A stretch of 29,296 bases of DNA from an uncultured SAR86 cluster bacterium (lineage in GTDB: Bacteria; Pseudomonadota; Gammaproteobacteria; Magnimaribacterales; D2472), in assembly GCA_938075575.1 (NCBI GenBank), contig CALJHI010000118.1, positions 1-29,296 of the forward strand, written 5' to 3'. A program made the position numbers and the translations under genes. The notes under the pieces are model-generated. The model did no database searches and was not told where the DNA came from. It saw nothing but the letters and a program-made list of their open reading frames with translations. Positions 7,701-14,875 of this stretch are shown one piece after another. Position 1 is the first letter of the stretch. Every line of letters begins with the position of its first letter.

Positions 7701-8399
7701 TTAATCATCCTCTGCCAAAATAAACGTAAACCTATGGAGCACGCCTTCAACTGCAACAGATTTTCCATCAACCACCTTAGGTTTATATTTTAATTTTAAC
7801 GCAGCTCTTGAAGAAGCACTATTAAACATGGTGCATGGTCTAAATTCTGTATCAGGATTTGAGGGATCTCCACAAAAGCCTTCAACAGGAACAACATCTT
7901 CAACTGTCCCACTTTCTGTAATCGTAAATTTAACAAGGGCATAACCTTGGGTGCCTCTCTCTTGAGCTCTTCTTGGATAAATTGGTGTAACTTTGAATAA
8001 AGGTATATATTCGCCATCCCTAAAAAAGCTACCACTTGTCATTTTTTGAGCCTTTGGCTTGCTGATTGTTACATCTAAGCCTGTAAGTGGTTGAAGGTCA
8101 ACATCAGGCTGGGCAATATCTTCAGGCTGTTCTTCTGGTTTTTCAGGCTTATCAACCTCGGTCATAAATGTTTCTATTTGTCTCTCGGGCATTACAATAT
8201 CTGCAAGTTTTACAGATTTGTCCTCTTTCATGCTCATATCACCTAAAGAAATAAGCAACACCATTACTGCGAAAAGAACTGTTGTAATAAGAACTGAAAA
8301 AGTAATACCTGCGACCCATCTGTTAGCATTGAATGCTTTTACATATAGGCTATGAATAACTCCGAGTGGAATTGATATTATCTTTAGAACTGACTGCAT
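7701..8399 (-). CDS. tonB: TonB energy transducer (TonB2/TtpC-system type)
   Basis: N-terminal TM, Pro/Glu/Lys-rich spacer (KPEKPEEQPE), TonB_C with PIYPRRAQERGTQGYALVKFTITESGTV and KYKP. Confidence 0.92.
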   Translation of the reverse strand: MQSVLKIISIPLGVIHSLYVKAFNANRWVAGITFSVLITTVLFAVMVLLISLGDMSMKEDKSVKLADIVMPERQIETFMTEVDKPEKPEEQPEDIAQPDVDLQPLTGLDVTISKPKAQKMTSGSFFRDGEYIPLFKVTPIYPRRAQERGTQGYALVKFTITESGTVEDVVPVEGFCGDPSNPDTEFRPCTMFNSASSRAALKLKYKPKVVDGKSVAVEGVLHRFTFILAEDD

Positions 8400-8408
8400 T
8401 TAAACTGT

Positions 8409-8819
8409 TTATTTAGGCTCTGACGCTAATGAAATAGCTGAAACTCCAGCCTCTCTAGCCCCATCCATTACTTTAATTATGGTATCAGCAACGGCTTTTT
8501 CATCTGCCTGGATAACAACAGAGCCTTGAGGATTATCAGCAAGCATTTTCACAACATTTGCCTTTACCTGCCTCACATCTATTCTCCTTCCATCCATCCA
8601 AACTTCTCCAGTTGAGCCAACTGCTATTAAAATTGCAGCATTTTCTTGAGTTTCAGCTGTATCAGAATCTGGTCTATTAATTTCTAAACCTGGCTCTTTA
8701 ATAAAGTTAGCTGTAACAATAAATAAAATTAACATGATAAATACAACATCCAACATTGGTGTTAAATTTATCTCACTTTCCTCTTCTTTTACTGCAGTTG
8801 TAATTGCGTTTCTTCTCAT
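8409..8819 (-). CDS. exbD: Biopolymer transport protein ExbD/TolR
   Basis: INLTPMLDVVFIMLILFIVT (conserved TM Asp), VVIQADE, GGAG RBS. Confidence 0.93.
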   Translation of the reverse strand: MRRNAITTAVKEEESEINLTPMLDVVFIMLILFIVTANFIKEPGLEINRPDSDTAETQENAAILIAVGSTGEVWMDGRRIDVRQVKANVVKMLADNPQGSVVIQADEKAVADTIIKVMDGAREAGVSAISLASEPK

Positions 8820-8828
8820 AAAAAACTC

Positions 8829-9359
8829 CTATAACTCTCTCTTAATTAATTCTCTCAGATTGGTTTCGTGTTTATCGCTAGCACTAGTCAAATATATTGA
8901 AACAAAAACTCCTGACAGGGCAACCACCATCCCAGCCATTGTTGGAAGAGTTGCTTTTGATACTCCTCCCGCCATCGCTCTTGCATCTCCGCCTCCATTA
9001 AAAGCCATCACTTGGAAAACTTCGATCATACCTGTGACAGTTCCAAGCAAGCCAAATAAAGGAGCTAACATCACACATGTTTGAATCATTGTCATGTTTT
9101 TATTAATTTGAATTCTTGCCTCTGACATCAACTTCTCTCTGATTTGTAGTGCATGCCATGAAGTCTTATCTTCTCTTGAGTTCCACTTTTCTGATAGCTT
9201 GCTAACATAAACGTTATGTCCGTGAGAGAAGTACCATATTCTTTCAAAAATCATCCCCCACATAAAAAATACTAAAATTGCTATTAGCCATAGCACGCTT
9301 CCGCCCGCTTCCATAAAGTCTCTTATGGATGAGAATGCTTCTACAAGTGCATATGGCAT
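8829..9359 (-). CDS. exbB: Short MotA/TolQ/ExbB proton channel protein
   Basis: APLFGLLGTVTGMI, AMAGGVSKATLPTMAGMVVA. Confidence 0.9.
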   Translation of the reverse strand: MPYALVEAFSSIRDFMEAGGSVLWLIAILVFFMWGMIFERIWYFSHGHNVYVSKLSEKWNSREDKTSWHALQIREKLMSEARIQINKNMTMIQTCVMLAPLFGLLGTVTGMIEVFQVMAFNGGGDARAMAGGVSKATLPTMAGMVVALSGVFVSIYLTSASDKHETNLRELIKREL

Positions 9360-9367
9360 ATTAATAA

Positions 9368-10753
9368 CTATTTAGCTTCTGAGTGCTCAGCTAAAATACC
9401 AGTACTTTGCTCTTCTAATGTACTAATTATTCCTCTAGCAGATGAAGCTGTAAAAGAATGTAAAAGAGTTGTTGGTATTGCAACTAACAAACCTAAAACA
9501 GTTGTAACTAGGGCTTGAGAGATACCACCAGCCATAAGCTTAGGGTCTCCTGTTCCATATAACGTAATCATTTGGAATGTAACAATCATACCTGTAACTG
9601 TTCCAAGCAACCCAGCTAAAGGTGCAACAACAGAAATGATTCTTACTGCTCCTATGCCTCTTTCAATGGCAGGTCTTTCAGCCATAATCGCTTCTGCAAG
9701 TTTAAGCTCTAGAGTATCGATATCTTTTTCAAAATTATCTTGGCCAACTTTTAAAACCCTTCCTAGAGGATTCCTGGAATCTGCTGCTTTAGAGGTAGCC
9801 TGATTTCTTACAGCTTTTGCAACACCGGCAAGCTCTATAAGCTTATATATAGCCAATAATATACCTACGGCTCCAACAGCAATAATGGCATAACCCACCT
9901 CTCTACCTTGCTGAGCTCTCTCTAACAATGAGGGTGTTTGGATTAAGTTAGCTAATAAGCTTCCGCCAGTAGGCCCAGTTGGATCGATTCCAAATTTAAC
10001 TTGCTCTCCAGTCTCAGATGCAGCAATATTTTTTGCAGTTTTTGTAAATCTACCTGCTGGTTGTCTTGGTAAAAAGGAATATTCCCCTTTAGTAGCTGAA
10101 TACTCTAGGTATTTGCCATCACATACAGCATTAAATAATCCAACTCTTACAACATCACATTCTGCAGATGTGCCATCAACATCATTTACTTGAGTAGTGA
10201 ATCCAACTACTTGGCCACTAGCTATCATCTCTCTTTGAAGCTCATACCAGAGACCTTCTATTTCTCTAATGGTTGGCAACTCAGTTGTTTCTGACATCTT
10301 CTTAGTCAGATCGTTTAAAAAGGCAACTCTTTCGGTACCAAATTGTGCTGAAGTAAGGGATCCAGAAAACTGAACGGCGGCTTCACCGGCAGAGCTTTGT
10401 AAATGTCCAAATAGCTCAACAAGTGAACCAAGCTCTTTTTTATAAGCCTCTTCTTTGACCCTTAAAGTCTCTTCATTCTTTTTGTACTCAGTTTCTAACT
10501 GATCTGCTATTTTCTCTTGTCTTGCAAGCTCTCTTTTCTCAGCAGCAAGTATTGAGGCTTGCTTGTTCTTATTTGCTAGAAATTTTTTCTCTCTATCTTG
10601 ATTCTCAGCCTGTTCTTTTGTTTTACCTTCTTTAACTAAAGAAAGAAGGGCTTCAACCGTAGTTGGTTCTTCAACAACAGCATCTTCTTGAGCAAAAACA
10701 GAAGCGACAAATGAAAATAATATAAAAAATGGTAATAATCTTAAATTTTTCAT
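9368..10753 (-). CDS. Long MotA/TolQ/ExbB protein with large periplasmic coiled-coil N-domain (TtpC-like)
   Basis: Signal peptide, coiled-coil (KRELARQEKIADQLETEYKKNEE), then an ExbB module APLAGLLGTVTGMI...MAGGISQALVTTVLGL. Confidence 0.9.
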   Translation of the reverse strand: MKNLRLLPFFILFSFVASVFAQEDAVVEEPTTVEALLSLVKEGKTKEQAENQDREKKFLANKNKQASILAAEKRELARQEKIADQLETEYKKNEETLRVKEEAYKKELGSLVELFGHLQSSAGEAAVQFSGSLTSAQFGTERVAFLNDLTKKMSETTELPTIREIEGLWYELQREMIASGQVVGFTTQVNDVDGTSAECDVVRVGLFNAVCDGKYLEYSATKGEYSFLPRQPAGRFTKTAKNIAASETGEQVKFGIDPTGPTGGSLLANLIQTPSLLERAQQGREVGYAIIAVGAVGILLAIYKLIELAGVAKAVRNQATSKAADSRNPLGRVLKVGQDNFEKDIDTLELKLAEAIMAERPAIERGIGAVRIISVVAPLAGLLGTVTGMIVTFQMITLYGTGDPKLMAGGISQALVTTVLGLLVAIPTTLLHSFTASSARGIISTLEEQSTGILAEHSEAK

Positions 10754-11538
10754 TACGCTTCTCCTTTAATTACTGGCATCATTAACATATCAACAGGTGT
10801 TAACTTCTTAGCCATTCTTATGCCATCTCTGATAGCTTTGGTATAACCACCTGACAGGCTTTCCCATTCGCCTATTTCGTTATTCCATCGTCCGCTAGAT
10901 CTCTCATCTTTTGTTTGATAGAACATGCCTACTCTTCCAATGACTAAAATATTTACTTCCAAATCATTGCCATCGATTGAAATTGTTTGAGGATAAGTAT
11001 CAACTTTTCTACCATATTCAGCTTCGATATTATAAGCCTCTAAAACTTGCCTAACTTGTTCTGAAGCGGTTACCTTTGGCTTCGCTAGTGAAGCTCTAAC
11101 TATGTCAATTCTATTCTGTCTTTCCTCTAGTCTAAATGGAGTATCTAGAGAAATAAAACTCTCCAAGCTTTCAAGCATTCTTTGTGCTAAAGGGGGAATC
11201 TGCCTTTGCATAACTACTACTTGAACAAGCTGTTCATCAAGTTTTTCCATGAGCTCAATTTGAGCTTTGATTTGTATTCTTTTTTGCTCGTTATAAACTT
11301 TTAAACCTTCTACTTGCTTGGATACTGCTTTCCACTCGTTAACAATTTTGTCAGTTTGTCTTTCCGTAGCATCTATCTTGTCCTGAGACGAAGCAGATAG
11401 TCTTTGATTTTCTCTTCCAACCTCAAGAACATTTTCCATATTTACAGAAGCAGTCTCAGCTACATTTTCAGCAGATTGGATAAATAGAGGAAAGGAAAAA
11501 GCAACACATAATTGTGCTATTAACAATTTATTATTCAT
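10753..11538 (-). CDS. DUF3450-family exported coiled-coil protein (TtpB-like)
   Basis: Signal peptide, coiled-coil, FISLDTPFRLEER, SEQVRQVLEAYNIEAEYGR, GRVGMFYQT. AGGGAG RBS. 1-nt overlap with the next gene. Confidence 0.85.
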   Translation of the reverse strand: MNNKLLIAQLCVAFSFPLFIQSAENVAETASVNMENVLEVGRENQRLSASSQDKIDATERQTDKIVNEWKAVSKQVEGLKVYNEQKRIQIKAQIELMEKLDEQLVQVVVMQRQIPPLAQRMLESLESFISLDTPFRLEERQNRIDIVRASLAKPKVTASEQVRQVLEAYNIEAEYGRKVDTYPQTISIDGNDLEVNILVIGRVGMFYQTKDERSSGRWNNEIGEWESLSGGYTKAIRDGIRMAKKLTPVDMLMMPVIKGEA

Positions 11539-11562
11539 AATTGACTCCCTAAAAGTTTGCCT

Positions 11563-11590
11563 ATAATAACAGCAAGATAATTATATGCAA
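11563..11590 (-). promoter_or_regulatory. Candidate sigma70 promoter of the TonB operon (TTGCAT-N16-TATTAT with extended TG)
   Basis: On the minus strand, TTGCAT at 11590-11585 and TGtTATTAT at 11571-11563, 24 nt upstream of the DUF3450 ATG. Confidence 0.4.
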
Positions 11591-11608
11591 AATCTATATA
11601 TAACTCTA

Positions 11609-12460
11609 TTATTTTATCTTTGGAAAAAGCATTGGGGTACTGTTTAGGTATTTTTTGTACTCTTCTAGGTGCCCCCATTTTTTATTGCCCCTGGCTTCAA
11701 GCATCCTTACTCCACTTACATGAACTAAAAGCAAGTATGTAAAAATTGGGGAAATTAAAGTTATAAATTGAAGGCCCTTTAAAGAGGATAGAGACATTAC
11801 GGCTATAGCTGCCCATAATACTATTTCACCAAAATAATTTGGATGGCGAGATTTTGCCCACAATCCTGAAGTAATAAATTTATCTCTATTTTCTGGAATA
11901 GATCTGAATTTTGACTTTTGCTTATCAGCAACAACCTCGGTCATGAATCCGTATATAAACAAACCAATTCCTATATAGAAAAACATATTAACAACTACTC
12001 CAGGCTCAGAAGATATAGCAGTTAAAGCACACATTGAGCAAATTGATACCCATAAACCTTGCAGAGTCCATGTCATAAAGAATTGTGTTGCCGATGGCTT
12101 AATAGCTCTAAATCTTTTATCTTCTCCATCTTTATGGATTCTTGAGAAAAGAAAACTTCCCAATCTAATTGCCCACATACTTATGAGGAGAACGATTGCA
12201 ATGTTTGCTCCATTTAAATTAGCAAAATTGTTTGAGCTAATAAACAATGAATACCACATTACCGTTAAGTAAGTAATTGTGCCTGTTAAGTCATAAAATT
12301 TTTCTGTTTGCCATAGATATGCTGGTATAAAGGCTGCCCACTGAATTAAAAACGCAATTAAAACGGCATCTTTAACTAGGCTAATTCCAGTTGCGCAAGC
12401 AATCGAGAAAGCAAAAATGAATACAGCCAAGGATATAATAATGTTTATAAAATTTTTCAT
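11609..12460 (-). CDS. DUF1295-family membrane protein (steroid 5-alpha-reductase/isoprenylcysteine-methyltransferase-like fold)
   Basis: YDLTG, WAIRLGSFLFSR, EDKRF, ADKQK, GLWAKSRHPNYFGE, Y..Y...TP. Start ATG 12460 has a GGAG RBS and an ATGA overlap with the upstream stop. Confidence 0.88.
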   Translation of the reverse strand: MKNFINIIISLAVFIFAFSIACATGISLVKDAVLIAFLIQWAAFIPAYLWQTEKFYDLTGTITYLTVMWYSLFISSNNFANLNGANIAIVLLISMWAIRLGSFLFSRIHKDGEDKRFRAIKPSATQFFMTWTLQGLWVSICSMCALTAISSEPGVVVNMFFYIGIGLFIYGFMTEVVADKQKSKFRSIPENRDKFITSGLWAKSRHPNYFGEIVLWAAIAVMSLSSLKGLQFITLISPIFTYLLLVHVSGVRMLEARGNKKWGHLEEYKKYLNSTPMLFPKIK

Positions 12461-14277
12461 GATGTACTCCATCCACATAACCTTTCTTTGTTTTGCTCAT
12501 CGAGCCATTTTTTAAGGGGTTTATAGTAATTCATAATAGATTCTCCGCTCAATTTTTCTGTTCCTGTTATTTCCTTAAAAGCTTCTTGCCAGGGTACACT
12601 TTTGCCAAGTGCCATGGTAGAAATAATTTTATTGCCAGCTTCTTTATTTCCATAAATTGAACATTCATGAAGAGGGCCCTCAAATCCGGCCGATTGGCAT
12701 AAAGCCTCATGGAACTGGTACTGCATTATTCTTGCTAGGTAATATCTTGTATAGGGTGTATTTGCTGGTATGTGATATTTGGCTCCTGGATCAAAACTAT
12801 CAGTTTTTCTTTTAGATGGAGGAGCAATCCCTTGATATGAGTTTCTTAATTTCCACCAAGAGTCATTTAATTCATCAAAAGAGGTTTCTCCTTTAAAAAT
12901 GCCTGCCCGCCATTTATCAAGCATCAGTGCCCAAGGCACTACTACAACTCCTTCAAGAGCCTGCTTCATTAACAAACCAATTTCATCTTCTTTTGCTTGC
13001 ATTGCTTGGTTCTCATCGATGAATCCAATCTGATTAAGATAGTCTGGTGTAATAGATAGGGTGAGAAGATCTCCAAATGCTTCGTGAAAACCATCATTCG
13101 CACCTGATCTAAATAATGAAGGCAGATGATTGTATGCTTGATAGTAGAAAATATGACCAAGCTCATGATGAATGGTAGAAAAGTCTTCCTCATTTCGCTC
13201 AATGCACATTTTAATCCTTAGGTCATTGTTTGATGGGTCTAAATTCCAAGCAGAAGCATGGCAGACAACCGACCTATCTTGTGGCTTAACAAACAAAGAT
13301 CTTTCCCAGAATGTCTTTGGCAAAGGGTCAAAGCCGATTGACAAGAAAAAGTCTTCTGCAATCTCTACCATTTCTATTTCGCTCAAGTCTTTTTCTAAAA
13401 TAATTTGAGTGACATCTACTTTTTTCTCACTTTTCTCTGTTTTATATACAATATCGAAAATGTTTGACCAAGATTGGCCCCACATGTTTCCTAAAAGATG
13501 GACGGGTATAGGTCCTTTAGGATCTATAATCTCATTGCCATACTCTTGATTTAGCATATCTCTGGCATGGCAATGCAATGCATCATAAAGTGGCTTTACT
13601 TCTTCCCATGCCTCATCAAGACTTGTTAAAAAATCTTCTGAGGGCATGTCATATTTACTAAACCATAAATCAGATAAATCAGAGTAACCTAGCTCTTTAG
13701 CTCCCTCATTGCCTATCTGAATCATTCTCATATAAGGGCCTTTCATTGGCTTGCCAATTTCATGCCAGCCTTCCCATGCTCTCTTAAGCTCAATAGGATC
13801 TCTAGAGTTATCAATTATATTCTCAAACCCCTCTAAGTCATTACAATCATCCTCTGAGAAACAATGTGTCGCACTTCCATACATTGCGCTTAACTTGGTT
13901 TCTATTTTTGAAAGTTCAGAAGCAAGCTCATTATCAAGAGGTGGTGGCATAACAAATGCTGATTTTAGGATATTAAGTTTTCTTGCTTGTTCCGCTGTTG
14001 CTTTTGATACTTCATATGTGCTTGCGTCTTTTGATCTTTGTAAATCAACTAAAGTACTTCTTTTAGAATAGTCGGACAGGATAAGTTGCGAGTCATGCGT
14101 TATAAAGTTAGAACTAATCCATGATGCTGAATAAATAATTGGATTTAAAAGTTCATCCTCTTTTTCAATATTTTTTAAAAATTCATCCAAGCTCTGATTT
14201 TGATTAGTTTGTTCGCCAGAATTGCTACAAGAAGTTACAATGGCAAAAGCTATAATAAATATAAATAATTTTTTCAT
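12457..14277 (-). CDS. M2-family zinc metallopeptidase (angiotensin-converting-enzyme-like), predicted lipoprotein
   Basis: HHELGH (HExxH), GFHEAFGD (third ligand), LLGNMWGQSW, VVCHASAW, DPGAKYHIPANTPYTRYY. Start ATG 14277 with GAGGT RBS gives MKKLFIFIIAFAIVTSC, a lipobox with Cys17. Confidence 0.93.
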   Translation of the reverse strand: MKKLFIFIIAFAIVTSCSNSGEQTNQNQSLDEFLKNIEKEDELLNPIIYSASWISSNFITHDSQLILSDYSKRSTLVDLQRSKDASTYEVSKATAEQARKLNILKSAFVMPPPLDNELASELSKIETKLSAMYGSATHCFSEDDCNDLEGFENIIDNSRDPIELKRAWEGWHEIGKPMKGPYMRMIQIGNEGAKELGYSDLSDLWFSKYDMPSEDFLTSLDEAWEEVKPLYDALHCHARDMLNQEYGNEIIDPKGPIPVHLLGNMWGQSWSNIFDIVYKTEKSEKKVDVTQIILEKDLSEIEMVEIAEDFFLSIGFDPLPKTFWERSLFVKPQDRSVVCHASAWNLDPSNNDLRIKMCIERNEEDFSTIHHELGHIFYYQAYNHLPSLFRSGANDGFHEAFGDLLTLSITPDYLNQIGFIDENQAMQAKEDEIGLLMKQALEGVVVVPWALMLDKWRAGIFKGETSFDELNDSWWKLRNSYQGIAPPSKRKTDSFDPGAKYHIPANTPYTRYYLARIMQYQFHEALCQSAGFEGPLHECSIYGNKEAGNKIISTMALGKSVPWQEAFKEITGTEKLSGESIMNYYKPLKKWLDEQNKERLCGWSTS

Positions 14278-14310
14278 TTTGATGACCTCAACAAATAAAA
14301 TAACATAAGT

Positions 14311-14871
14311 ATGAAAATTTCTACAAGTCAATTTAAGAATGGGACAAAACTTCTGCTTGATGGGGCCCCATGCTCAATAGTTAGCCATGAGTTCCATAAG
14401 CCAGGTAAGGGGCAAGCTGTAATGAGAGTCAAATATAAAAATTTACTTACAGGGAATACAAACGATAAAACTTTTAAATCTGGAGAATCTGTTGAAACAG
14501 CTGATATCAATCACAAGGAAATGGAGTTCTTGTATGCCGATGGCAATAATTGGCACTTTATGGATTCATTAACATATGAACAAATTGAAGTTGGGCCGGA
14601 AATTATGAAAGATGCAAAAAAATGGATTACTGGACAAGAAATATGTGAAATCGTTACATGGGACGATTCCCCTATTCTTATAGAGCCTCCGGTATTTGTG
14701 GAACTAACAATAACTAAGTCGGAGCCAGGCGTTAAAGGTGATACAGTTTCTGGGGCAACAAAGTCAGCAGAGTTAGAGACTGGTGTTGCCGTTCAAGTTC
14801 CTTTATTTATTAATGAGGGCGAGAAGGTGAAAGTTGATACAAGGACTGAGGAATACGTCAGCAGAGCATAA
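14311..14871 (+). CDS. efp: Elongation factor P
   Basis: HKPGKGQA (modifiable Lys), PGVKGDT, KSAELETG, VQVPLFI, VDTRTEEYVSRA. Confidence 0.98.
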   Translation: MKISTSQFKNGTKLLLDGAPCSIVSHEFHKPGKGQAVMRVKYKNLLTGNTNDKTFKSGESVETADINHKEMEFLYADGNNWHFMDSLTYEQIEVGPEIMKDAKKWITGQEICEIVTWDDSPILIEPPVFVELTITKSEPGVKGDTVSGATKSAELETGVAVQVPLFINEGEKVKVDTRTEEYVSRA

Positions 14872-14875
14872 TTTA

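Noticed and set aside
7796-9084. Alternative ORFs 7796-8035 (-) and 8734-9084 (+)
   Set aside because: Out-of-frame or antisense overlaps of tonB and exbBD, with no RBS or motif.
11572-11588. GATAAT half-site upstream of the TonB operon as a Fur box
   Set aside because: Only a single hexamer without proper dyad symmetry; far weaker than the 874-894 palindrome.
12969-14071. ORFs nested in the M2 peptidase (12969-13202, 13172-13408, 13751-14071)
   Set aside because: Shadow frames of a well-conserved gene.
14278-14331. Track's N-terminal extension of the M2 peptidase overlapping efp
   Set aside because: ATG 14277 has a GAGGT RBS and yields a clean lipoprotein signal; the extension would collide with the efp start.
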